A stretch of 62,967 bases of DNA, filler included. It is 5 parts of 5 records of this genome, joined end to end, with 100 filler letters (N's around TTAATTAATTAA, not from the genome) between each part and the next. Parts side by side here need not be neighbours in the genome. Positions count along the whole stretch, not along the records: positions 15,513 to 26,196 come from DRR723986_7854; positions 26,297 to 32,911 come from DRR723986_7863; 3 more parts are not named here. One strand, given 5' to 3'. The position numbers were made by a program, and so were the translations under genes. This document shows, piece by piece, positions 19,178 to 29,311 of the stretch (its first letter is position 1; each line of letters opens with the position of its first letter). The notes under the pieces are model-generated. The model did not search any database. It saw nothing but the letters and a program-made list of their open reading frames with translations, and was not told the origin of the DNA.

Positions 19178-19819
19178 ATGACCTCCTCCGCATCCAATAT
19201 CCACGGCCGCACCCGGCTTATTGAAGCTGCGCTGAACCTGAGCTATCACCGGCGAAGTTTCTCCAGCCTCGGCATTCGCGAAATCACGCGCGAAGCCAAA
19301 CTGTCCGCGCCTGCGTTTTACAGACACTTTGAAGACCTGGCCGACTTGGGCACCGCCGTCATTCTTGAAGTTGAAAAAGCAGTACTGGAAGCATTCACCG
19401 AAGTACGCATCAGCACCGCCAAAGAAGCGGATCTCGACATTCGTCCTATGCTGGTCAAACGTTTTTTTGACTGGGCAGCCGAGAACCCAAAACCGGTCGT
19501 GGTGGGCGCCTCAGAAGCTTTCGGTGCCCTGGAACGAATGCGCGACGGGCTCAAAAAAACAATTCGCGCAATCAGCGAAGACATCTGCAGTGACGATCGC
19601 ATCGCCGCCCTGCTGCCCGGTTTGCCCAAAGAAGAAATGATCGAGGTGCTGGAAGTACTCGCTCAGAACGTGCTGTTCATGGCCGTAGAGTATGTAGAAA
19701 AGCCCGACCAGCGTCAGGCCATCTACGACAAAGCACTACGCATCGTGGCTGTCATCTTTGCTGGCGCCCACGCCACACACGCCATGAAGCTGGAACAGGA
19801 AAACACCCACAACACGTGA
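19178..19819 (+). CDS. TetR family regulator, FabR/DesT-like
   Basis: RSFSSLGIREITREA....AFYRHF..L..LG helix-turn-helix. Confidence 0.88.
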   Translation: MTSSASNIHGRTRLIEAALNLSYHRRSFSSLGIREITREAKLSAPAFYRHFEDLADLGTAVILEVEKAVLEAFTEVRISTAKEADLDIRPMLVKRFFDWAAENPKPVVVGASEAFGALERMRDGLKKTIRAISEDICSDDRIAALLPGLPKEEMIEVLEVLAQNVLFMAVEYVEKPDQRQAIYDKALRIVAVIFAGAHATHAMKLEQENTHNT

Positions 19820-19950
19820 TTGATAAATTGGGCGCTCGCTCAATTTAACAAAAAAGCAACATTGTGTTTCCTATCCTTTTTAAACGATTAAACTGTCAAC
19901 ACACAAATTAACATTGTGGTAACAAATATTCCGAAACAGGAGCCACACCC

Positions 19951-20694
19951 ATGCGCATCGCCATCCTCGAAGACGACCTGACACAAAGCGAAATGCTGCG
20001 CTGGGTGCTTGAATCGGTCAACCACAAATGCCATTGTTTTGCCACTTTCAAAAGCTTTCAAACGGCCCTGTACCGCGACAGCTTCGACTTGGTGCTTCTG
20101 GATTGGGTGTTGCCCGACAGCTCTGGCCCCAAGGTCATGCACTGGATTCGTGAAACCCTGCACATCAAGGTGCCAGTGTTGTTCATCACATCCAAAACCG
20201 ACGAGGAGAACATTGTTGAAGCGCTGAATGCCGGCGCTGATGACTACATGATCAAACCCATACGTCGTGGCGAACTGATTGCCCGGGTCAATGCCCTGCT
20301 GCGTCGCGCTTATCCAGAGTTAACCGCGCCGGAAGTATTTGAAATCTCCGACCTGGAATTTCATCCAAAATTCTCGACCATTGTGCGCCATACCAAGCGC
20401 GTGATCATGACCCAAAAAGAATTCGACTTGGCCCTCTTGCTGTTCCGTAACCTGGGCAAGCCGCTGTCACGCTCGCATATTCAGGAAAGCGTATGGGGGC
20501 GCGACACCGATCTACCTTCGAGAACCATGGATACTCACATCTCCCGAGTTCGCTCCAAATTGGCTTTGCGGCCCGAGCAAGGCTTCCGTCTGACCCCTGT
20601 ATATGGCTTTGGCTACAAACTGGAACAGGTTGATCACGAAGGCAAATCTGCTGATCTGGCAAAAATCAAACGGCAACTCGCTGAGAACGATTGA
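19951..20694 (+). CDS. OmpR-family response regulator (no adjacent kinase)
   Basis: LEDD, LLDW.LP, GADDY..KP and RT.DTHISR.R.KL winged helix. Confidence 0.95.
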   Translation: MRIAILEDDLTQSEMLRWVLESVNHKCHCFATFKSFQTALYRDSFDLVLLDWVLPDSSGPKVMHWIRETLHIKVPVLFITSKTDEENIVEALNAGADDYMIKPIRRGELIARVNALLRRAYPELTAPEVFEISDLEFHPKFSTIVRHTKRVIMTQKEFDLALLLFRNLGKPLSRSHIQESVWGRDTDLPSRTMDTHISRVRSKLALRPEQGFRLTPVYGFGYKLEQVDHEGKSADLAKIKRQLAEND

Positions 20695-20748
20695 GAGAGT
20701 ATCCGCCATCGCGGGTTATAATGAAGGGTTTTCCGCCCAGTAGGTATT

Positions 20749-22017
20749 ATGGAGCTTTTCGCAGTCGGCCTGAATTATCAATCCGCACCGCTCGCACTTC
20801 GCGAGCGTTTGGCGTTTCCGGCCGAGCAATTGCAAGAAGCACTTCGCGCGCTGGCCCAGCGCGTTCAAGCCCCCGAGGCAGCCATTCTCTCAACCTGCAA
20901 CCGCACTGAAGTCTATTGCGCAGCCAGCAACATCGAACAACTGAAAGTCGACCTGCTCGAATGGCTGGCAGTCAACCGCAACATTCCCACCACTGAACTG
21001 GGCCCACATTTGTACATCCTTCCCCAGCAGGAAGTGATACGCCATGCATTCCGCGTGGCCAGTGGCCTGGACTCCATGGTGCTGGGCGAAGCACAAATTC
21101 TGGGTCAAATGAAACAGGCTGCACGAACCGCCGAAGAGGCCGGGACGCTTGGCCAAATGCTGCACCAGCTGTTTCAACGCACCTTCTCCGTTGCCAAAGA
21201 AGTGCGTTCACACACCGAAATTGGCGCCCACTCAGTTTCCATGGCGTCGGCTGCCGTAAAACTGGCGAGCCGAATTTTTGGAGACCTCAGCAAGCGCCAT
21301 GTACTGTTTATTGGTGCCGGCGAAATGATTCAGCTGTGCGCCACCCATTTTGCGGCCCAGAATCCAAAAAGCATCACTATTGCCAACCGGAGCGCCGAAC
21401 GCGCGCACCAATTGGCGCAAGCCCATGGCGCCCAGGTCATCGGGTTGGCTCAGGTGCCAGAGCAACTCGCCAAATCGGACATCGTCATTTCATGCACCGC
21501 CAGCACCCTTCCGATCATTGGCCTGGGCATGGTCGAAGCCGCGTGCAAAAAGCGCAAGCATGAACCCATTTTCATGCTCGATCTGGCAGTGCCCCGCGAC
21601 ATCGAGGCACAGGTCAGCAAACTCGACGACGTATTTCTGTATTCAGTCGACGACCTCAGTCAAATCGTGCAGGAAGGCCGAGAGCAACGGGCCGCCGCCG
21701 TGGAGCAAGCCGAGGCCATCATTGAATCCCAGGTACAAGGCTTCATGCGCTGGATGAGTGAACGTTCACTGGTCCCCACGATCCAGGAAATTCACCAGAA
21801 AGCCGATGACATTGCGCAGCTTGAACTTGACCACGCCCGCAAGCAACTGGCCAAAGGCACACCTGCGGACGAAGTGCTGCAATTAATGGCCCACCGCATG
21901 AGCGCAAAATTCATGCACGGCCCCATGCAAGCGCTTCACCACGCCAGTCCTGCCGAACGGGAAGCCCTGCTAAAGTGGCTACCTCAGCTATTCAACATCA
22001 AAAACACCGACAAATAG
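20749..22017 (+). CDS. hemA: Glutamyl-tRNA reductase
   Basis: STCNRTE, GLDSMVLGE.QILGQ, GAGEM and DLAVPRD. Confidence 0.97.
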   Translation: MELFAVGLNYQSAPLALRERLAFPAEQLQEALRALAQRVQAPEAAILSTCNRTEVYCAASNIEQLKVDLLEWLAVNRNIPTTELGPHLYILPQQEVIRHAFRVASGLDSMVLGEAQILGQMKQAARTAEEAGTLGQMLHQLFQRTFSVAKEVRSHTEIGAHSVSMASAAVKLASRIFGDLSKRHVLFIGAGEMIQLCATHFAAQNPKSITIANRSAERAHQLAQAHGAQVIGLAQVPEQLAKSDIVISCTASTLPIIGLGMVEAACKKRKHEPIFMLDLAVPRDIEAQVSKLDDVFLYSVDDLSQIVQEGREQRAAAVEQAEAIIESQVQGFMRWMSERSLVPTIQEIHQKADDIAQLELDHARKQLAKGTPADEVLQLMAHRMSAKFMHGPMQALHHASPAEREALLKWLPQLFNIKNTDK

Positions 22018-23100
22018 ATGAAAGACAGCATGCGGAACCGGCTAACGCGCCTCGCCGAGCGCCTTGCCGACCTTGAAGAATTCTTGTCGTCCCAAAACGC
22101 TGCCAATGACATGGCACAGTTCAAGGCCATCACGCGCGAACGCTCTGAATTGCTGCCCGCCACCGAACGCTTTGCAGAATACCAAAGTATTGAAGCCGAC
22201 TTGAATACCGCACGGGAATGGCTTTCCGACCCCGACATGCGCGACATGGCCCGTGAGGAAATCGCGCAAAATGAAGCGAAACTTGCGCAACTCGAAGCCG
22301 ATCTTCAACGTCTGCTGCTGCCCAAAGACCCGAACGATCATCGCAACGCCATGCTTGAAATTCGCGCTGGCACCGGTGGTGACGAATCCGCGCTGTTCGC
22401 AGGCGACCTGTTTCGAATGTACACCCGGTACGCGGAACGCCAGGGTTGGCAAATCGAGGTCATGAGCGCCAGTGAATCGGAACTGGGTGGCTACAAAGAA
22501 GTGATCATTCGCCTGGTTGGCGACCATGTGTACAAGCACCTGAAATTTGAATCAGGCGGTCATCGAGTGCAACGTGTTCCTGCCACCGAAAGCCAAGGCC
22601 GCATTCACACTTCCGCCTGCACTGTGGCGGTGATGGCCGAACCCGACGAAGCTGAAACCGTTGAAATCAACCCTGCAGATTTGCGAATCGACACCTACCG
22701 CGCCAGTGGTGCGGGTGGTCAGCACATCAACAAAACCGATTCCGCCGTTCGCATTACTCACTTGCCCACAGGCCTGGTGGTGGAATGTCAGGACGAACGC
22801 AGCCAGCACAAAAACAAGGCCAAGGCCATGAAGGTACTGAATGTACGCCTTCAAGACAAAATCGACCGCGAACGCCAGGCGGCTGAAGCCAGCGAACGCC
22901 GCAGCCTGGTGGGCTCCGGCGACCGGTCCGAGCGCATACGCACCTACAACTTCCCGCAAGGGCGAATGACCGACCACCGAATCAACTTGACCCTGTACAA
23001 ACTCGACTACATCATGGACGGGGATCTAACCGACCTGATGAACGGTCTGACTGCATTTCACGAAGCCGAATTGCTGGCCGAAATCACCGCCAAAGAATGA
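22018..23100 (+). CDS. prfA: Peptide chain release factor 1
   Basis: GGQ motif, PAT anticodon motif and RIRTYNFPQ; hemA-prfA-prmC order. Confidence 0.97.
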   Translation: MKDSMRNRLTRLAERLADLEEFLSSQNAANDMAQFKAITRERSELLPATERFAEYQSIEADLNTAREWLSDPDMRDMAREEIAQNEAKLAQLEADLQRLLLPKDPNDHRNAMLEIRAGTGGDESALFAGDLFRMYTRYAERQGWQIEVMSASESELGGYKEVIIRLVGDHVYKHLKFESGGHRVQRVPATESQGRIHTSACTVAVMAEPDEAETVEINPADLRIDTYRASGAGGQHINKTDSAVRITHLPTGLVVECQDERSQHKNKAKAMKVLNVRLQDKIDRERQAAEASERRSLVGSGDRSERIRTYNFPQGRMTDHRINLTLYKLDYIMDGDLTDLMNGLTAFHEAELLAEITAKE

Positions 23101-23960
23101 GCACACTGCCCAAGCCCACCATTGAATCGGTGTTGCAGCAAACGCGCGAAGAAACCGGGCTTGCGCCCAGCGAGCTGCGGATCCTGATGACCCACATCAC
23201 CGGGTTTGACCGGGTCAATCTGGTGACCAAGGGTAACCGCGAATTGCCAATGGACCAACTCAGCGCCTTCAAATCACTGGCCGCCAAAAGGCAGCAAGGC
23301 GAACCCATCGCCTATTTGGTACAACAAAAGGAATTCTATTCACGCCCGTTTTTCGTCGACTCAAGGGTATTGATACCCCGCCCCGAAACCGAAGAACTGG
23401 TCGAACATGCCCTTGGTTTTTTGCAAAGCAAATCGACTGAAAACCTGCTCACCCGAGTGCTCGACATTGGTTGCGGCAGTGGTGCCATTGCGGTGTCACT
23501 GGCGCTTGAAAACCCAATACTTGAGGTGACTGCCACCGACATTTCTGCAGACGCGTTGTGGGTGGCCCAATTCAACGCCAATGAGCTGGGCGCGAGAAAC
23601 ATCCGGTTCGTTCAATCTGATCTCTTCGAGAATTTGCTGAATCAAACACCGTCCTTGGCATTCGACCTCATTTGCAGCAACCCGCCCTACATTGAACAGG
23701 GTGACGAACACCTCTCACAAGGCGATCTGCGTTTCGAGCCCCAGCAAGCCTTGACGGATGGTGGCGACGGCCTGCGCTTTTACCGTGAAATTGCCCAACA
23801 CAGCCCTAGCCTGTTGCGTGCAGGCGGCGGCGTGCTGGTTGAACACGGCCACCTGCAACAGGAGGCCGTGAAAGCCCTGTTTTCAAAGGGGCCTTATGTG
23901 CATGTTCAAGGCCTGCCCGACCTGGCGGGCACTCCGCGCTTTGTGTTTGCCCACATCTAA
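23097..23960 (+). CDS. prmC: Release factor glutamine methyltransferase
   Basis: [15 protein letters not shown] and NPPY. Confidence 0.96.
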   Translation: MSTLPKPTIESVLQQTREETGLAPSELRILMTHITGFDRVNLVTKGNRELPMDQLSAFKSLAAKRQQGEPIAYLVQQKEFYSRPFFVDSRVLIPRPETEELVEHALGFLQSKSTENLLTRVLDIGCGSGAIAVSLALENPILEVTATDISADALWVAQFNANELGARNIRFVQSDLFENLLNQTPSLAFDLICSNPPYIEQGDEHLSQGDLRFEPQQALTDGGDGLRFYREIAQHSPSLLRAGGGVLVEHGHLQQEAVKALFSKGPYVHVQGLPDLAGTPRFVFAHI

Positions 23961-24063
23961 TTTGCAGGGCAAATGCGCGCAAGGCATTGAAAACGAGCGT
24001 TTTATACCCACTTCCATTACACTACAGGGTTGTAGCAATTCATCCAACTGAAAGGAAGTTTTT

Positions 24064-24396
24064 ATGAGCGTTCGCGATTCCATTCACGAAACCGTTACCA
24101 GCCATCCCGTGGTTTTGTTCATGAAAGGAACAGCGCAGTTCCCCATGTGCGGGTTTTCTGGTCGCGCCATTCAAATCCTGAAAGCATGCGAGGCTGAAAA
24201 AGTAGTCACGGTAAACGTACTGGACGACCCCGAAATTCGTCAGGGCATCAAGGACTACGCCAACTGGCCCACCATTCCACAGCTTTACGTGAACGGTGAG
24301 TTTTTGGGCGGTTGTGACATCATGACCGAGATGTACCAAAGCGGCGAGCTGCAGGCATTGATCGCCGCCGCCAATGCATCCACCAAATCTGAGTAA
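24064..24396 (+). CDS. grxD: Monothiol glutaredoxin Grx4
   Basis: CGFS, WPTIPQL and GGCD. Confidence 0.96.
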   Translation: MSVRDSIHETVTSHPVVLFMKGTAQFPMCGFSGRAIQILKACEAEKVVTVNVLDDPEIRQGIKDYANWPTIPQLYVNGEFLGGCDIMTEMYQSGELQALIAAANASTKSE

Positions 24397-24449
24397 ATCG
24401 TGAAACTGGTCGCGCGAATTGACGTGCGGCCACCTTCAGGCACCCCATC

Positions 24450-25052
24450 TTGAGCAGCACCCTCGCCCCCCAATTCAAACAATCCATCACTGTGGCCATC
24501 ACAGGTGCCAGCGGTGCGTTGTACGGTTTGAAAATTCTCGACTTGCTCAGAGCCCGTGGCGACACGGAAATTCATCTGGTCGTCTCGTCTTCTGGCTGGC
24601 TTACCGTGGCCAGTGAAAGCGACTTGAGCAAGGAGGAGATTGAAGCGAAAGCCCATGTGGTGCACTCACCCAAACAAGTGGGCAACTGCATCGCCAGTGG
24701 CTCCTACCCGTCCATGGGCATGGTGATTGCGCCCTGCTCCATGCACACTTTGGCTGCTGTGGCGCACGGCTTGTCGAACAACCTGATTACCCGTGCCGCG
24801 GATGTTGTGCTGAAAGAGCGACGCCGCCTGGTCTTGCTGCCTCGAGAAACTCCGCTGAATTTGGCGCATCTTCGCAACATGGTCAGCGTGACGGAAATGG
24901 GTGGAATCATCATGCCACCGGTGCCGGCACTGTACCAGCGCCCGGCCAACATCGACGCCATGGTCACCGACACCGCCCAGCACGCGCTCCAACTGCTGGG
25001 GCTACCCAATGTGCAGCGCAGCGAATGGCAAGGGCTCAAAAACAGCAGCTGA
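24450..25052 (+). CDS. ubiX: Flavin prenyltransferase
   Basis: TGASG, IASGS, RAADV.LKE and RETP. Confidence 0.95.
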   Translation: MSSTLAPQFKQSITVAITGASGALYGLKILDLLRARGDTEIHLVVSSSGWLTVASESDLSKEEIEAKAHVVHSPKQVGNCIASGSYPSMGMVIAPCSMHTLAAVAHGLSNNLITRAADVVLKERRRLVLLPRETPLNLAHLRNMVSVTEMGGIIMPPVPALYQRPANIDAMVTDTAQHALQLLGLPNVQRSEWQGLKNSS

Positions 25053-25084
25053 CTGATTGAGCTTTGCCAGCGTTTTCTGGGTGA

Positions 25085-25990
25085 TCAAACAACGTTTCGG
25101 GCAGCCTCATCCACCTCATCGTTCCAGGCTGGCACGTGAAAGCGCTGCTGCAAAACCTCTTCACCATCCAGCCCCAACTCAACCAACATACTGCGCAATC
25201 GCTGCGCAGCCTTGGGGTTCGACCGCTGGTGCTTCTTGGCGATAATCAACTCATTTTTCATCGAGTGCTCCCAACCCACCAACTCGGTCACAGTCACCTG
25301 ATAACCATAGGCCTCCAATTGCAGGCAACGCAGCACATTGGTGAGCTGGCTTCCGAATTCCCGGGTGTGGAGGGGATGGCGCCACATTTCCACCAAACTG
25401 GTTTTACCCAGCTGGCTGGCTTTGTTTTTGCGCAAATGCGCCGCCACTTCAGCCTGACAACATGGCACCAAAGCCATAAACTTCGCCTGTTTTTTCAACC
25501 CGAATGAGATCGCATCATCTGTCGCGGTATTGCAGGCGTGAAGCGCCGTCACAATATCGACGGTGTCAGGCAAATCAGGATGGTCTGTGGCCTGCGCAAC
25601 CGGCAAATTCATGAACCGCATACCAGCATCAAATCCAAGCTGTTTTGCCAGTGCATTGGACTTGTCAACCAACTCTTGCCGTGTTTCCACACCAGCCACT
25701 ATCGCGCCTTCTGGGTTCTGTTTCATGTAAAGGTCATACAGAATAAACCCGAGATACGACTTGCCGGCGCCATGATCGACCAGATACAAACCACCGTGAT
25801 TGGCTTTGCGCACTTCGTCAATCAACGGTTCAATGAAATGGGTCAGGTGATACACCTGCTTTAGCTTTCTCCGGCTGTCCTGGTTAATGCCACCTTCTCC
25901 GGTCACAATGTGCAACGCCTTCAACAGTTCGATGGACTGGCCTGGCTTTAGCTCAAGTGTATCTAGGGGGTTTCTTTTGGGTTTGGGCAT
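25085..25990 (-). CDS. Class I SAM-dependent methyltransferase (Methyltransf_32-like)
   Basis: DHGAGKSYLG, LHAC..ATD, PCC and EHSMKN motifs; start placed at MPKPK. Confidence 0.85.
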   Translation of the reverse strand: MPKPKRNPLDTLELKPGQSIELLKALHIVTGEGGINQDSRRKLKQVYHLTHFIEPLIDEVRKANHGGLYLVDHGAGKSYLGFILYDLYMKQNPEGAIVAGVETRQELVDKSNALAKQLGFDAGMRFMNLPVAQATDHPDLPDTVDIVTALHACNTATDDAISFGLKKQAKFMALVPCCQAEVAAHLRKNKASQLGKTSLVEMWRHPLHTREFGSQLTNVLRCLQLEAYGYQVTVTELVGWEHSMKNELIIAKKHQRSNPKAAQRLRSMLVELGLDGEEVLQQRFHVPAWNDEVDEAARNVV

Positions 25991-26040
25991 CGCTGTGGGT
26001 TGCTGCGGTAAATACAATGCGCACAGTGTAAAGGGTTTGA

Positions 26041-26196
26041 GCGCAATTGGCGTGGGTTCTGATCTCTCACCTGCCGGTGAACTGCCCAATCGGCTTGGGC
26101 TCCGATCTCTTGCAGCCTCTTCATCGCCCAATCTGCTTGGGTTCCGATCTCTCGCCTGCCCGTTACCTGCCCGATCGGCTTGGGTTCCGATCTCTC
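26041..26196. repeat. Array of 28-bp hairpin-containing repeats with 14-15-nt variable spacers, truncated by the contig end
   Basis: Units at 26041, 26084, 26126 and 26169; consensus GCCCAATCGGCTTGGGTTCCGATCTCTC. Confidence 0.85.
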
Positions 26197-26296
26197 NNNN
26201 NNNNNNNNNNNNNNNNNNNNNNNNNNNNNNNNNNNNNNNNTTAATTAATTAANNNNNNNNNNNNNNNNNNNNNNNNNNNNNNNNNNNNNNNNNNNN
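26197..26296. other. Artificial contig linker
   Basis: N-run/TTAATTAATTAA/N-run. Confidence 0.99.
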
Positions 26297-27130
26297 CAGT
26301 TGGGTTTCCCACAGCGGCACGGTGTTCACGAGGGTCGAGTTGATCTTGGTGACCAGCGACTTGTCGTTTTCCTGCACCAGCCGGATCGACGGCAGCGACT
26401 GCATGGTGACCTGACGGGTCAGTTTGAGGTCATGCACCCGGCGTTCCAGATCGTCGCGCGCAGCGCGCAGGTCGCGCAGTTCCTGCGCCTTCATCACCTG
26501 TTCGTTTTCCGGCGCGGCGGCCACTTCGGCGGCTTTCGCGGGGATCGTCTCTTCGTCGAGTTCCTTCAGCTTTTCCTCACCGGCGGTGATGTAGAGCGCC
26601 AGTTCGTCATAGAAGGCCAGCGTCTTGTCATAGAGCAGATCGAGCGACTTGATGTCCTTCATCAGCGTATGCTCATGGGCCAGCAGTTCGTCCGTGATGC
26701 GGTCGATCTGACCCTGAACATCCTCGTACCGGGCGAGGAAATCATGCACGGGCTTTGCCTTGCCGAACAGGCGTTCCCACCAGCTGCGCTTGCGGCCGGG
26801 GTCCAGCTCATCAACTGAAAAGCCGCGAATTGTGCCGACGATGTCGCGCAAGCTGTTGCCCGCCGGACCCACGTCCTTGTTCTTCACGCCGTCCAGCATG
26901 GCCTGGCTGATCTGTTGCAGCTCTGCCTGTGCGTTGGACCCGAAGGTGACGATCGAATTCGTGTCGGTCATGTCCAGCTCGGCCATCCGCGTGCGAATCT
27001 CTTGGGCAGTCGGCGGGGGCGCGTCGGCCAGCGGCACCAGCGCGGTGGACGGTTCGGGCAGCACCGAGGCGTTGATTTCATCGACAAGCTGCGCGGCAGC
27101 TTCGGCCTGTTGGCGGATCGTGTCACTCAT
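26297..27130 (-). CDS. telA: Toxic anion resistance protein TelA/KlaA (3' truncated)
   Basis: Coiled-coil with LERRVHDL, P.IRLVQ.N and VPLW; downstream of xpaC. Confidence 0.9.
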
Positions 27131-27142
27131 TGGGTTTTGTCC

Positions 27143-28045
27143 TTATGTCTCAATATGCAGATTATCACGGTTCAAACGATCCCGCAGCACGTCGATTTCA
27201 ACGTCAAGATCGCTGCGGTCCGTCACCAGCATGCGCTTGGTGCGGGCCGCGAAATTTGTTTCGAGGTCATCCAGAAGGGTGACGTAATCGGCGCGCACGC
27301 CTGGGTCGCGGTTGCGCGCATAGAGATCTGCGAATTTCACCGTCGCGTCGCGGGCCCCGGTCAGGTAAACGCCCAGATACTTGCGCGCCTGAGACAGGTC
27401 GCGCGGGTCTTCCTCGACTGTGCGGAACATGTCTCGCGCGGTGGCCTGAAAAGCCTCGACCCGGGTTTCCAGCTGCCGGTCACCGGCGCGTTTGATTGCA
27501 TCGGACATGCCCGCCAACAGCGCCTCGGCCTCTTCGATCTTGCGCGCGACGCGGTCGGTCTGGAAATGGTCAACCCCTTCCAATCCCTTGTCTTTCAGTG
27601 GGTCCAGGCCAAAGGAAAACAGATGCAGCGCACCGGCCAGCGTGCCAACCAGACCTGCATTCAGGATTGTCCACTGGCCACCGAAGATCAGCAGGCCAAC
27701 GCCCACGCCGGTCAGAACCGAGGCAAAGATCTTGCGCGGAATGGCAGGCCGCCGGGCGACCTTGCGTTCGTTATAGGCATCCTCTGCCCGAACCCCGTCG
27801 CGCAGAAGCCACGCGGCCAGAAGCAGCACTGCGGCACCAGAGAAATCGGTGATCATCTCGGTCACCGGCTGGAAAAAGGCGGTCAGGAAAACGAGTAGCG
27901 GCAGGATGAAAAGGATGTTGATCCGAGCGCCAAATCGCGCCGGGCTGCGGCCACGAAAGCTGGCTTCCAACGGCCGGGTTTCGGGCGCCTGCACTTCGGT
28001 GCTGTCGGGATCTGGGCTGAACTTGCCACCATAACGCTGTGCCAT
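27143..28045 (-). CDS. XpaC-like 5-bromo-4-chloroindolyl phosphate hydrolysis family membrane protein
   Basis: N-terminal TM helices, DPRDL..ARKYL..YL and DLDVEIDVL; canonical pairing with telA. Confidence 0.85.
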   Translation of the reverse strand: MAQRYGGKFSPDPDSTEVQAPETRPLEASFRGRSPARFGARINILFILPLLVFLTAFFQPVTEMITDFSGAAVLLLAAWLLRDGVRAEDAYNERKVARRPAIPRKIFASVLTGVGVGLLIFGGQWTILNAGLVGTLAGALHLFSFGLDPLKDKGLEGVDHFQTDRVARKIEEAEALLAGMSDAIKRAGDRQLETRVEAFQATARDMFRTVEEDPRDLSQARKYLGVYLTGARDATVKFADLYARNRDPGVRADYVTLLDDLETNFAARTKRMLVTDRSDLDVEIDVLRDRLNRDNLHIET

Positions 28046-28046
28046 G

Positions 28047-28136
28047 TCAGACCGCCCCGAAGCCGCCGAAGATCGACATCACGATGATGACCACGAGCGC
28101 CACGAAGGCGACCCCCTGAAGACCGTTTGAACTCAT
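28047..28136 (-). CDS. 29-aa single-TM small protein (absent from the ORF track)
   Basis: MSSNGLQGVAFVALVVIIVMSIFGGFGAV*; AAAGGGG RBS; stop 1 nt before the xpaC ATG; GC3-rich codons. Confidence 0.7.
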   Translation of the reverse strand: MSSNGLQGVAFVALVVIIVMSIFGGFGAV

Positions 28137-28192
28137 GTAGGAACCCCTTTCCGCCCAATACGATAAGCATGCAGCAGCGTAAAAAAAAGATG

Positions 28193-29041
28193 TCAGTGCT
28201 TTGAATCATGAACCGGGACGGTTTCCGCCAATGCCCCGCGTGCCCTTTCAGCATCAAGCTTGCGTTTATAGCCGGTCTGAATGAACTCGACCGCGAACAG
28301 GACCACGACCGCGAAGTAGAAGGTGGTTTTCGACATCGGGATCAGGGCGTAACCGAAGATATGGATGCCCATGGTCGGATCGTGGGTGGCGTGTTCCGCT
28401 GCGACACCGGCCTCGCCAAGCAGGACGACCCCGACGATCAACAGGATGAACAGGCCCAGAACCTCGTACATGCGGTTCTTCTCGATAAAGGCAGTGACCC
28501 CGTCGGCCAGCAGCAGCATGGCCGCCCCTGACAGCAGGATCGCGGCGGCGAGCACCGGGAAGACATCGGTGATGGCCAGCGCCGACAGCACGGAATCGAA
28601 GCTGAAGATCAGGTTCATCAGGACGATCAGAACGACGACCTGAACAGCAGATTTCCCCGTCTTTTCCGCGCCTTCGTGGTGAAGGTCATGCATCGACAGC
28701 AAGTGACCGATTTCCTTGACCGCCGTGTACATGATGAACACGCCGCCAAAGATAAAGACGCAGGTGGCGAAGTTGACGCCGCCTTCCAGAACGCCGACCC
28801 AGTTCATCACGAAGAACGGTTCTGACAGGCTTTCGATCAGTTGGACCATGGTAAACAGCAGCACGACCCGCAGCGCCACGGCGATGATGATCCCCCAGAA
28901 GCGCACCGATTTCTGCTTGTCCTTCGGGGCCCGCTGGCTTTCGATCGATATATAAAGAAGGTTGTCGAACCCCAGCACCGCCTGGAGGAAGCACAGCATC
29001 ACGAGGTTGCCGAGGTTTTCGATGGTCAAAAGGTCTGCCAT
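28193..29041 (-). CDS. terC: TerC family membrane protein
   Basis: VLGFDN, FSFDSV and multiple TM helices. Confidence 0.9.
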   Translation of the reverse strand: MADLLTIENLGNLVMLCFLQAVLGFDNLLYISIESQRAPKDKQKSVRFWGIIIAVALRVVLLFTMVQLIESLSEPFFVMNWVGVLEGGVNFATCVFIFGGVFIMYTAVKEIGHLLSMHDLHHEGAEKTGKSAVQVVVLIVLMNLIFSFDSVLSALAITDVFPVLAAAILLSGAAMLLLADGVTAFIEKNRMYEVLGLFILLIVGVVLLGEAGVAAEHATHDPTMGIHIFGYALIPMSKTTFYFAVVVLFAVEFIQTGYKRKLDAERARGALAETVPVHDSKH

Positions 29042-29198
29042 GTTCAATCGCCTTGATCTGTCGTCTTTTTCCGGCGCCTGCCGGTTGTCCCCGCTTGAAT
29101 AGTCGCTTGAGGCAGGGATTGTCACGCCTTTCCCGGCCTTGATCTCTGATCGCTCTTGGCTCTTGCCATTATGGATTGGCTGACGTATCCCGGCTACA

Positions 29199-29253
29199 CC
29201 GTGGCGATTTGTTAACCGGATTGCGGGCCACGTTAAACAAACCGCTAAAGAGG
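29199..29253 (+). ncRNA. SAM-II (SAM-alpha) riboswitch
   Basis: GTGGCGATTT...CCGG.TTGC.GGCCACGTTAAACAAACCGCTAAAG matches the SAM-alpha pattern; upstream of metZ. Confidence 0.9.
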
Positions 29254-29280
29254 TCGAGCAGCGCCAGCCATGGCTCCTGC

Positions 29281-29311
29281 CCCCGACCGTTCACCCGGTT
29301 CGGGGTTTTTT
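29281..29311 (+). terminator. Attenuator terminator in the metZ leader
   Basis: CCCCGACCG...CGGTTCGGGG followed by TTTTTT. Confidence 0.75.

Noticed and set aside
25991-26131. N-terminal extension of the methyltransferase ORF into the repeat array
   Set aside because: Non-ATG upstream start and non-triplet repeat periods; the ATG at 25990 is more credible.
26041-26196. CRISPR array call
   Set aside because: Spacers are only 14-15 nt and partly similar, repeats vary internally, and no cas gene or leader is visible. Kept as an unclassified repeat array.
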